Origin: Lama guanicoe
Lineage: Eukaryota
Reading direction: 5' to 3'
DNA: 64,000 nucleotides
Assembly (NCBI GenBank): GCA_013239625.1
Contig: MU053758.1
Coordinates: forward strand, 1,798,001-1,862,000
Position numbers and translations under genes: made by a program. The notes under the pieces are model-generated. The model had not been told where the DNA came from and did no database searches. It saw only the letters and a program-made list of their open reading frames with translations. Of the stretch, positions 1 to 12,100 are shown in pieces; the first letter of the stretch is position 1; the number at the start of each line of letters is the position of its first letter.

Positions 1-101
1 ATTGCACTGACCCAGGATCACAAGGAGAAAATGAAACTGGGGGGGGGGGCGGGATCCGTCAGATATAAGGGAGGAGGGGACGATTGCACTCTGTCCTGCA
101 G

Positions 102-3100
102 ACATGTTACATCTGCGAGGAGCAGGGCCGGGAGAGCAAGGCAGCCTCAGGAGCCTGCATGACCTGTAACCGCCACGGATGTCGACAAGCTTTTCATGTC
201 ACCTGGTGAGACGTCTGCCTGCCCTGCACCCACCCCGCAGGGTTCCCTGGGATCCCTGGCCAGCTGTACCAACCCCCTCTGAGGTTTGCCATGGATGGCT
301 GCCAAATGCACTCATCCTAGCTGCTGTCTCTTTGGTCATGATAGCAGTGCTTTCCTTGGGTGGCCTTGTCCTTGCCCCAGCAGGGGTCTAGGAGGGGGAA
401 GGCAGGTGGCAGGTCTGGTTTGTGGCCACACCCTTCTCAGGTGGACCTTCTTGGTTAGTGCCCAGATGGCAGGCCTGCTGTGTGAGGAAGAAGTGCTGGA
501 GGTCGACAATGTCAAGTACTGTGGCTACTGCAAATACCACTTCAGCAAGATGGTGAGTTTCGTCTGCCAGGGTGTGAGTGGGTCAGTCAGCCAGGGTTTA
601 GAGGGTGTGGGCTTCAGGCCAGGCCACTGCCTGGTGCTGGGAGGACAGACATGGAAGGAACTATGTCCCTGTCCTTGAGGAGCTCACCATTGGATGAGGA
701 ATAAATTGAAGTACAGCCTGAGGCGTGTGAAATAGAGCTGAACCAAGTAGTCCACCACCCCAGAAGACAGAGCTCAGACCCTGCCTGTCCGAGTCTGGGA
801 GGTTTTAAAGAGACAGCACTTAAACTGAGCCACCAATAAGAGCCAACATTTGTGGGGCTTAATGTGCCCCAGCCACTGTACTAAGTTCTTTACATGTGTC
901 ATTTCATGTGATCCTTCCAACAACCCAAAGAACTAGGTGTACTATATATTCTCAGTTTAAAGATGAGTAAACTAAGGCCCTCTGCAGTTTTTTACTTACC
1001 TCACTGCAGGTGTATGAGATTCAGGACAGACAATCTGATTTGGAAGCTCCTTGGGAGCCTACCAAGCAAAGACAGAGAGAAAGGAATCCCAGGCAGGGTG
1101 ACTGGCATGGACAAAGTCCTGAGATGAGAGAGAGCTTTAGTAGGCAGGGTGTTCGGTAGGGAGGAGGCAGGAGATGAGGCACAAAAGCTCAAGTAGGGCC
1201 AGAGCTGGACTCGCTTCTTCCCCAGGTTCAGGGGCCCAAGGAGAGGCTGGAAAAGGGGTGCTATCCCATATTTGTGGAGAGACCTGCATGTTCTAGAAGT
1301 GGTGGGGTGTCCTGCAGATGTATGCTGTGGCCTGACTGGGAAAGCAGCTTGGACCTCAACCCCAGGCCACAGGCTTATAAGGCTGCTTATAAGCAAGAGG
1401 GTAACATGATCAGATTTGTTTTTCAGGAAGATTACCCTGGCAGCCACTGTGAAGCTGGAGCTGAAGGGCCAAGGCTGGCGGCTGGGAGACAGCTGCGGTG
1501 GGGCGGGGTTGGGTGGGGGGTGGTGAGGCTGGATTCTACAACCATTTCTAGGTAGACTTGCCTACATGTAGTGGGTGCTGAGAAGGAGTTGTTGAGGGTG
1601 GCACACAGGATCCAGGCCCTTGATGCTGGGTAGATGGGGCTTGAGCACCTGAGAGTGCTGTGAACTGGGGTGCAACAAACTTCTGTAGGGCCGGCATATG
1701 TCCTGGCCTGCCCTGGAGAGTCCCAGTTTGTGCTTGTTGCCTTGGTGTAATTATTAATAGCTGTCTCTTTCATTTTCAAAAGTATCTTGGTTTAGATCAT
1801 AAGTCATAGGGTCACCTTGGTTCAGGGTTCAATATTGACTTAAGACAAGGTAGGGAGCTCGGTTTGGTTTATAGGAGGTGCCGAGTGAGGGTGTTCAGAT
1901 TTAGGGGCTGTGAGACCCCCGGGGCAGGGTGGTTGTGGCAGCCTTAGCTGTGTAAGACTGGGGCTGGAGTCCCTGGTGCCCACTGCTAGGGAGCGATTTG
2001 GTCAGTTGAGGCCCGAAATGAGTCCTTGAATTTGACAGTTGGGAGGTAGTGGGTGGCCTTAGAGGTAACAGCTGCAAGTCTAGGACAGGTGAAGCCATCG
2101 GATCAGGCAGGGAGAGCCCAGAGCCCTGGCTGGGAGGAATGGCAGCACAAGGGTTGTTTGGGTTTTTCTTGTGAATATTTACTTCCCGCTTCTTAAGGGC
2201 AGCAGGCCCTTTGGGATGGAACCACTATGTTTGGTGGAAGGCCAAGAACAAAGGAGAAGGGGTGATGGCTGGAGCAGAGAGTCTGGAGGGGAGGATGAAG
2301 TATGGAATGCAGGCGAGCAGGGGCTCCCATGAGGGCTCCCACCCCAGAGGTGGAGGTAGGCTGTGGCCCAGGGCCTGAAAGGGGCCAATAGGGCACCGTA
2401 GAAGGAGGTGGGTGTAGCATAAGAGACCTGGGCCCCAGGCCTACCTCCAGCCGTGCCTTACTGGGGTCAAGATGCCCCTACCTCTTCTAGGTCTCAGTTG
2501 CTGAATCTGGGGAAACTAGGATCTCAGGCTAGGGAACGCCCTTCTATTGAGCAGAGTATCACTAAGGACACAAGGTCCTCTTAGTGACAGGCAGGCCAGT
2601 GTGGGGTTGAAACTGGCCCCCAGGATCACCTGACCTTCAGGAACTTTCCCTTGAGCTAGGGAGAAGAGGGTTTGGCAATTCCTCTTGGTTCTCTCCCCAG
2701 AAGACATCTCGGCACACCAGCGGGGGAGGCAGCGGAGGAACAGGAGGAGGAGGAGGAGGCAGTGGCACAGTGGGAGGTAGCAGTGGCTTCATCACTGGCC
2801 GGAGAAGCAGGTCAGCTTCGCCATCCACCCAGCAGGAGAAGCACCCTTCCCACCACGAGAGGGGCCAGAAGAAGGTAAAAGTCTTACGGGTCTGCCTCTA
2901 TGGCCCACACTAAAAAACACAAGCTTCTTTCCAGAAGCCACCACAGGTGTCCCCAAGGCCTTAGCGCCTGCCCTCTTCCTTCCTCTGAGGCCACAGAGGG
3001 TTGAGAAGGGGTTGAGGAAGTGACATATGAGGGTCACAGACGATGAGCTGAAGGCCTCGTTTCCCTGGGGCTCTCTGTATCTGTGGGGTTCCTCCGTATC

Positions 3101-6100
3101 CCCCCATGACATGTGTCCCCAGACACCCCGACACATGGCTCTGGACATTTACACACATCGCCACAATCTAGCAATGTGTCAGCCTAGTTTGTCCATGCCT
3201 GCATCCCCTCGGGCAACTTGTCACAGAGTTCCTGGCTCCCGTCCCTCTGCGCATTTCTGTGTCCTGGGTGGATACCCTTGTAGGTGCGTGCTCGCTTGTG
3301 TGGTGCTGTGTCCCTGGCACGATAATGGGACAGGCTGTCTTTAGCAGGCATTGGGGATGAGAGGAGAGACTTAACTCTCAGAGGAACCTGCCTGAGCGCC
3401 TCCTGTCCAGCCAGAGTCCCCTAGTCCTTCCACGGGGTGGGAGGGGAGATGTCACCCACAAAGACTCATCTCTGAGAAGGCTCCACCCCTACATGTAAGC
3501 ACCATGTTTATCCTCACCCGGACTGTTCCCCAACACAAGTGTCAATTCACTTCTTCCTCCCTAGAGTCGAAAGGACAAAGAACGCCTTAAACAGAAGCAC
3601 AAGAAGCGGCCTGAGTCACCCTCCAGCATCCTAACCCCACCTGTGGTCCCCACTGCTGACAAGGTACTGCTGCCTACACCCAGGAGGGTTGGTGTGGGAG
3701 GGGTCAGGGTGAGCACCCCTGGGAGCCCCCACAGCTTCAGGTTAATATGTGTCTGCTCCCTGCCCGACCCCTCTCTACTCCCCATTCTAGCCTAGGAGGG
3801 GCAAGCTCCTCTGCCCTACCTATCACTGACCCATCAGGAGGGTCGGGTTAGGTGGAGTACCGCCCTGCCTGCTGGCTGCCAGGTGCTCACATCTGTCTCT
3901 GTCCAGACAGAGGGCCTCAGCACTGGGCTCTTGTCTGTGGGTACAGCACAGGTTGGTTCTCTGAGTTTCTGGGGTCCGTTTCCCCAGAGACAGGCAGAGA
4001 GGACCCTTTCACTCTTCACTCCTCCCCCACATTCCATGTAGGTTGGAGGGACTGAAAGGTGCCCATGGTGGCTTGCAGGGCAGGCCCCTGGACAGCACCC
4101 TGAAAGCCCCCCTCATCCCTAGTAGGGGCATATGTGTCAAGCCTGACTCCAGAAATGGGCAACATCTGGATGAGCAACCGGCAAGCTCTACCGAGGCCAG
4201 GGAGTCACTAATCCAAGCCAGAGCAGCCCTCCCTGCCCCTCCTTCCAGCCTGCCCTCCCCCTGGAAGGAGAACAGGGGCCTGGAGACACTGCCTCCTCCT
4301 GTCACCATTAGTGCCCCATTTCCCTCTACCGGCCTCAGGAGGTTGGCAAAGCTCTGGGCATCTTAGCAGGAGGCTCAGGTATCAGGTTTCCAGGGTGATG
4401 TTGCTGTAGCAACTGTCCCAGTAACCCTCTCCCCTCCCTGCTGCCCAGGGCTCACCTGGAAAAGCTTGTCATCGCGCCCTCTGACCTTTCCCTGGGGCCT
4501 GCAGGCAGGTGGATCTAGGAATTGCCCCAGTGGCTGGGCGTCCCTTTGGATGTGTTAGAGCATTCTGCCCAGCCTCCTCCACCCACCCCAGCATTTCAGC
4601 TACCCCTCCCCCTAGCCCCTCTCCTCCCTTGCTCTCAGAACTACATCTGGCTCCCTTCAGAACTCCAGCTGTTGGAAAAGAACAAAGAAAAAGACAGAGA
4701 CCAGGGCTCCACCCAGGAAGGGGCAGCACAGGGTGGCTCTCACTCTCCTGTCCATCTTCCCTTTGGCATTTGTTCCTTTACTGAGTACCTGGTCTCCACC
4801 AGGAGGAAGAGCTATGCCTGGCAGTACTACAAAGCCTTAGTTTACTCACCACATGCTAGGCTCCCTTCTAGAAAAGGGGGATAGGAGGGATGCATGAGGA
4901 TTCACTCAATTTAATTCTCAGATAAAGTAGGTATTTTATTAACCGCATTCAATAAATGAAGAAACAGGCACAGAGTAGTTAAGTAATTTGTCTAAAAGCA
5001 CACAGCTAGTGAGTGGTGGAGTCAGGATTTGAACCCAGGCAGTCCGGCTTGAAGGCCTGTTCTCTTAACCAGCACAGGACACTGTCTCTGCAGTATATAA
5101 CTAGCAACCACCGCCATCAGAATCATCATTATTGACCCCATACTATGTATCTGGCATTATGTTCCTCGTAACTCTCCAAATAGGCATGATTAGTCCCATA
5201 AGGACACTGGAGCTCCATGAAGGTGAGAGACCACACGACATGACACAGCAGTAGAAGGCAGAGCCCGCCAGGCTCAGCCCCCAGAGCCCAGGCCCTTCCA
5301 GCCATTGCCCTGCTGCCCTCAGACATGGGGGACAGTATATTTCAGTACAGCGTGGCAGCTGTTGACATGGCTGATGTAGGTGGGTACGTGGTGCCCTGGA
5401 AATAACAGGACAGAATGACTTGTTCCACCTTGGGTAGCTCTGGGGTGACTCCAAGAAGAGGGGGTTTTCGAGCTGGATTTTGAAGGATGAGACATTTCCC
5501 AGGGAGAGAAAGGACAGGCTCTTCGGGCAGAGTGCTGATTGTCTAGAAAGGGCATGGAGTGGCCAAGGAGCCAAGTGTCAGCCAGGTGGCTGCAGCTGGG
5601 GGTGAGCAAGGAGGGAGTGATGGTGATTGGAGGGCCCAAGAATGGGGCCAAGGCAGCCTTTTCTCCCTGAGGTCCGTCTTCCATATGTACCCCACTTCTC
5701 AACACAAGTCCAACCCTCTTGGGCCTAAGTGTTTCTTAAATGAGTGACTGAGCAGATATGTACATCAGTACAGACTCTTGAGACCATCTTCATCACTCCG
5801 CAGCCCGAGGTGAAGGACCGACAGCTTCTTGGTTTCAGAGGTCCCATCTCTTCACACCCAGAAGTTCCACAGCTGCCTCCCCATCTCCCTGGTGGAGGAG
5901 CTCCCACCATCTGCTTGCCTGGAAATGCTTCCTGAGGCTAACTGTGGGTGCTCCTAGGAGAGCCCTGGGTCCTGGATCCTCCTGCTCCACTCCCAAGTCA
6001 GGGTGAGCCCAGGCCCTGAGGCTGACTGCGAGCCTTCCTCTCCTCTCCTTCCCTCAGGTCTCCTCCTCGGCTTCCTCCTCCTCTCACCATGAGGCCAGCA

Positions 6101-9100
6101 CTCAGGAGACTTCTGAAAGCAGCAGGGACTCAAAGGGGAAAAAGTCTTCCAGCCATAGCCTGAGTCACAAGGGGAAGAAACTGAGCAGTGGGAAAGGTGT
6201 GAGCAGTTTCACCTCCGCCTCCTCCTCTTCTTCCTCCTCCTCTTCCTCCTCCTCTGGGGGGCCCTTCCAGCCTGCAGGTGAGTGTGGACATCCTGGAGGA
6301 GGCTGGGAACCAGATAGTCTTTGGTCCTGAGCTTTTCTAACAAGGGCCTTTGCAGATTGGTTTGCATCTCATTTGCTTAAATTGATTCTGGTTAAAGATG
6401 AAGGAATCCCCACCAAGTGACTTTTCTCCACCCCACCCCCTTAACCCTCCCCTCTTGAGCTGGAACCCCCTTAACCCTCCCCTCTCCCTCAGGGCCTGGC
6501 TCTCCAACCCCATAGCATTATTCATTATCCCCTGCACGTGTGCTGTCAGGTACCGTTTTTTAAAGCACCAACACTAATGTTATCTCTTGTAATCCCTATG
6601 TGGTCATCCAGTGAGGACAGTAGGGTGGGAGTTATTTTCCTCCCTCTTTATCAAAGGTGGAAAAGGTGGTGGGGGATGGCAGGGAGGGAGGGACTCATCC
6701 TAGGACACAGAGATACTGGCAGAGCTGGGACAGGAAACCTGGCTTCCCTATCCCCCTACCAGAGCGCTCTCTAACTAGTGCATGTTGGGAGTAGGAGTGG
6801 GGTGGGGATCTGGGCTCCAGCTGTAATTCCATTTTCCCTCTGCAGTTTCGTCCCTGCAGAGCTCCCCTGACTTCTCTGCATTCCCCAAGCTGGAGCAGCC
6901 TGAGGAAGACAAGTACTCCAAGCCCACAGCCCCCACCCCTTCAGCCCCTCCCTCTCCCTCGGCCCCCGAGCCCCCCAAGGCAGACCTCTTTGAGCAGAAG
7001 GTGGTCTTCTCTGGCTTTGGGCCCATCATGCGCTTCTCCACCACCACCTCCAGCTCGGGCCGAGCCCGGGCCCCGTCCCCTGGGGACTATAAGTCTCCAC
7101 ACGTCTCGGGGTCCGGGGCCTCTGCAGGCACCCACAAGCGGATGCCCACGCTGAGCGCCGCCCCTGTGCCTGCTGAGGAGACCCCTGAGACAGGCCTGAA
7201 GGAGAAGAAGCACAAAGCCAGCAAGAGAAGCCGACATGGGCCAGGCCGACCCAAGGGCAGCCGGAACAAGGAGGGCACTGGGGGCCCAGCTCTTCCCTCC
7301 CTGCCTGGTGCCCAGCTGGCTGGCTTTACCGCCACTGCTGCCTCACCCTTCTCCGGAGGTTCCCTGGTCAGCTCCGGCCTGGGGGGTCTGGCCTCTCGTA
7401 CCTTTGGGCCTTCTGGGAGCCTGCCCAGCCTGAGCCTGGAGTCACCCCTGCTGGGGGCAGGTTAGTGACCCTTGGGGATGGAGGGTATCTCAGGGCCCCA
7501 GCCAGTCTAGTGAGAGGACAGAGATATAAACATGCAGTTAGAAAGAAATGTGATAGAAACTGCTCCAAAGGACAGAGGATGGAGGTGACAGTCACCTGAG
7601 ACACTCCCCCGTACCCATCTTCTGCATGGTTGTAGTGGGAGAGACTGGGGTAGATGGCCAATAGGACTTACCCAAGTTTTGGTTGATCAGTTAGAAAAGC
7701 TGGGAATTCTCCAGCCTGGGCAGGGCAAATAAGCAGGCATGTCAAGCAGATGTCACCCAGACAAGATGTGACATCTTTGCAGTAAGAGGGTAAGACTGGT
7801 GTGTGGCCAGATCCAGGGGAGAGGTTGCCCTAGTCACCTGGCTGAGGAGGGGCCTGGGGGAGTGGTGACTGTAAGCTTCCCTCTGTGTCCTCCTTGTGCC
7901 TGTAGGCATCTACACCAGTAATAAGGACCCCATCTCCCACGGTGGCGGAATGCTGCGGGCTGTCTGCAGCACCCCCCTCTCCTCCAGCCTTCTGGGGCCC
8001 CCAGGGACCTCGGCCCTGCCCCGTCTCAGCCGCTCCCCATTCACCAGCACCCTCCCCTCCTCCTCTGCTTCTATCTCCACCACTCAGGTGAGGCCTTACT
8101 CCTGGGCTCCTCCGTCCCTGGGCAGGTGGGGGACAGCCTGCCGAGGACCCCAGCTTTCCATGGGAATTTGAGAGATTGGGCTTGAGCACTACCAGAACTT
8201 TTCCCTCTCTCTGGTCCTCTCTCCTCCCCAGCACACCTGGTCCCCTCCACCCCGGTGCACACAGTTGTGCTCTAGATCCAAGAATAACCACCAGGCGGGA
8301 CTGTACCTCCTTTCCCTCAGGTGTTTTCTCTGGCTGGCTCTACCTTTAGCCTCCCTTCTACCCACATCTTTGGAACCCCAATGGGTGCCGTTAACCCCCT
8401 CCTCACCCAAGCCGAGAGCAGCCACACAGGTATGTGAGTCCCTGACCCCATTCCCCTTTCTTCCTGAAGACCTGAGGGGCACCCATCACTTGCATGTCAC
8501 CCCAGAAAGGATGGGAGGGCTTTCTGGCTGCCCCCTCCCTCTGGCCATTGCTCACCCAGCCAAAAAATTTTCACACACAACAAACCGGGATACACTTTCA
8601 CTTGAAGACCCCCTCCCCCCGTGAGGGGATGGGGCAGGGCAGGACAGGGCAGAGTTACTACTGCTCCATCTTACAAAAGAAAAAGGCAGAGACGTATGAC
8701 TTGCTCAAGCCAGTTCAAGTAGGGAAAGGCAGAGCAGGAGCTGAAAATCTGGTACCCTGACTCCATGCCTAGTTCTACTGCTGTAGGGTAGTTCCCCTCC
8801 CGCCTCTTGGTGAATCTGTGGGATCAGCTTTTGCAGAGGTCCCACCATCTGGGCAACCTGCTCTCTGGGTATTTAGGAGTTAAGAGGACGGATCCCAGGC
8901 GCCCCTCCCTCTCCTTGGAGGGTTAACCCAGCCCCAGAGAGCTGATTGGTGCAGAGGTACCACCTGGCCTGCTGGGGGTGGGGCTTACCAGATCAGGTAG
9001 GCCTTAAAGGCGCCAAATCTGATTACAGAATTAAGGACCTACAGAGTAAGTGACTATATTTTCCAGAACGCAGATTGTAATTCTGTGGCCTAACAGAGTT

Positions 9101-12100
9101 TTGTTGTCTAATCTGTGAGCTTATTAATATGAAAGTCATACAAAACTGATTATAGTAGCACAATATTTAAAGGCTTGTTGTATGGCAGCTAAACCATTCA
9201 GCTTAATGCTTCACATTTATTATCTGATTTTAATCCTAACAATCACTTCAGAGAGGTTAGTTTCAAGCCCACGGTCACACGGCAAGTAAGTATCAGGTCC
9301 AAGTGCAACCCAGGATTGTCTAGGCCCCAAATGTCTATAACTTTGAAGTTACAAGTTTTCTTCCAGGAAAGAAATTGGGAGGTGGATCTGAAAGTAGCCA
9401 GGCAGCAAGAGCCTTTCTGCCTAGAGAAAGGGGACGAGACGAGATCCCATGGCTTTGCCTCCCAAAAGGCTCGGTTTCCAAGCCAAGGCTCCCAGCGCCT
9501 TAAGAACTATAACTGCCAGTCTAGGGTTGGGAGGTCCTGGGGAAGGGTCTGCGGTAAGGTCCCAGATCCCGCACCCACTTCCCAGGCGAGGACTGTGAGG
9601 CCGACGGCACCCCTTCCTCGCTGATCCCTGCCCCACTTCTTCCAAGAGCCAGACCTGGAGGACTGCAGCTTCCGATGTCGGGGGACCTCCCCCCAGGAGA
9701 GTCTGTCTTCCATGTGAGGGAGGGGGTGGCGGCTTGGGGGAGGGGCTGGGAGCGGGGCGGAGGGACTGCCAGGGAGGAGAGGGCGGAGAGACTGCGCGAG
9801 GAGAGAGTGGGATCCCCAAGGGGATGTCTGAAACCCCTGAGAGGAGAGGAGGGGGACGGGGAGACTGGAGTTGGGGAGTGAGGTAATCCTGAGCCCAGTT
9901 TTCCCTTCTGACCCCAGGTCCCCCATCAGCAGCCTCCCGGCACTCTTCGACCAGACAGCGTCCGCACCCTGTGGGGGCGGCCAGTTGGACCCAGCGGCTC
10001 CGGGAACGACTAACATGGAGCAGCTGCTGGAGAAGCAAGGAGACGGCGAGGCCGGCGTTAACAGTGAGGAGGGGTGACGTCGGGCTGGGAGACCTGTCCT
10101 AGGATCCCCAGATTCGGTCACCTCTCTCAAGTCCCCGTCTTTAAGGATCCGGCCCCGCCCTCACCTTAACTCTGGCCAGTCCCGGGCCTTACCTTTCATC
10201 CTCGCAAGGTCCAGCTCCTGGCCCCGCCCTCTCTTCACCTGGCCTTTGGCCCTCGCGACCTATTGGCCCTTACCTTACTAAGCCCCAACTTCCGCCAGCA
10301 GCTTCACTCCCAATCACGAGGCCTCCACCCTGGGCCTGAGGCCCCACCCTTTGGTCTTTAGGCCCCACCCTTTGGTTCTTAGACCTTTGGGTCCCCAGGA
10401 TTCACCTGAGTCCCTCGCTAGCCGGCGTCTTCTCTTTTAGGTCTCAGTCCGAATTCTTCCCCAGGCCCCGCCCCTCCAGGCTCCGCCCTGGTCCTCTTGC
10501 CCCGCCCCCAGCCTTCACCCCGCCTCTCCAGGCCCGCCGCGGGGCTCAGGCGCTTTCGCCTTCTGTCTGCAGTCGTGGAGATGCTGAAGGCGCTACACGC
10601 GCTGCAGAAGGAAAACCAGCGGCTTCAGGAGCAGATCCTGAGCCTTACGGCCAAGAAGGAGCGGCTGCAGATTCTCAACGTGCAACTCTCTGTGCCCTTC
10701 GCTGCCCTGCCTACCGCCCTGCCTGCCGCCAATGGCCCTATTCCTGGACCCTATGGCCTGCCTCCCCAAGGTAAGGGGATCCCACAGCCTGTGTGTGAGG
10801 GGCCTCTGCTCAGCGGTGGGAACTGGCTCGACTCCAGCCCTGACCTCCTTCCATGATTCCTCTCCTTCAGCCGGCAGCAGCGATTCCTTGAGCACCAGCA
10901 AGAGCCCTACAGGGAAGAACAGCCTGGGTCTGGACAACTCTCTGTCCACGTCTTCCGAGGTGGGCGCCACGGGGAGGGGCACGGGGGGCGGGACGGCAGG
11001 AGCGGGGAGGTGCTAGGGCCTCCATGTCCCATCTCCACCTTGCGCTATTGGAAGCCGGGCAGTGACGTGAATGGCTGAGCAATTGGGTGACTGGTCCACT
11101 CATTGTTTCGTTAAATAAGTAATAATTTCGAGGTGCCTACTTAGGCCAGTCACTGGCTAAACAGTCGGTGAGCAAAACAGACACAGTTCTGCTCCTGAAG
11201 ACAGGCTAAGTCTAAGAAAATCAGCAATTACAAACCGGGAAAAGTGCTAAGGTGGAAATAATTTGAGGGCTGTGAGAAAGAATGGAGGGTCGGATTCTTC
11301 TCTGGATATAAGGTGGTTAGGGAAGGCCTCTTTGGGAAGTATTTGTGAAGAGTTTATTACAGTTTATTAAAGCCTCACACAAAATAATACCTGTGTAATT
11401 GGTGGTGGTTGGGGTAGCAGTTGTTATTGTTATGTTGTGGTTATTACTGAAATCAAGCAAACTGGGTTCTTGTTCTATTTGCCACTTACAAATTGTGTGA
11501 CTTGGGCAATAATAATCATAATAGTAACTAACGTTAATTGTGTACTTGCCCTTTGTCATGTCCTGTGCTGAGACTTTTAAAGCGTGGCGTGTTTAGTCTT
11601 CACAATAACTTTGTGGAATGGGTGCTGCTGTTACCCCCATGTTATGAGTGTGTCAACTGAAACAGAGAAACCACCCAAGCCATTGCACTGCGGACATGGG
11701 ATTTGAGCCAGAGTCTTTCACTCCAGCTGCCTGCAGAGTGACTTAGCCTGTCTGCTAACCAATGGTTTCACCCATAAAACAGCAGTAATGAGTTAGTACA
11801 GGTCAAGCACTGAACCCTGGATCTAGTTCACTAGGTAGTCACTACTGTCATCACTATTCTGTGTTAAACAAGCATTGGGAGAGGCCCCCAGAAAGTGATT
11901 TGTAAAGACCATTTGGATTCTTAGCCTTTATCCCTGGGCCTTGCTTATTCCTGCTGAGTGGCTCTGCCTGGGGTTAAGGTGGGGGTGGCTGTGCTCTGTG
12001 AGAATGCTGGTGAGTGCTGGGCTGGGGAGGCCAGAAAGGTCATGCTGGCCCCCCGCCCCTCTGACCCCTCCCTTCCCCCTCCCTCCCCAGGACCCACACT

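Noticed and set aside
9421..10130. ~205-aa minus-strand ORFs over MLLT6 exons
   Set aside because: Antisense shadows of GC-rich coding and CpG-island sequence.
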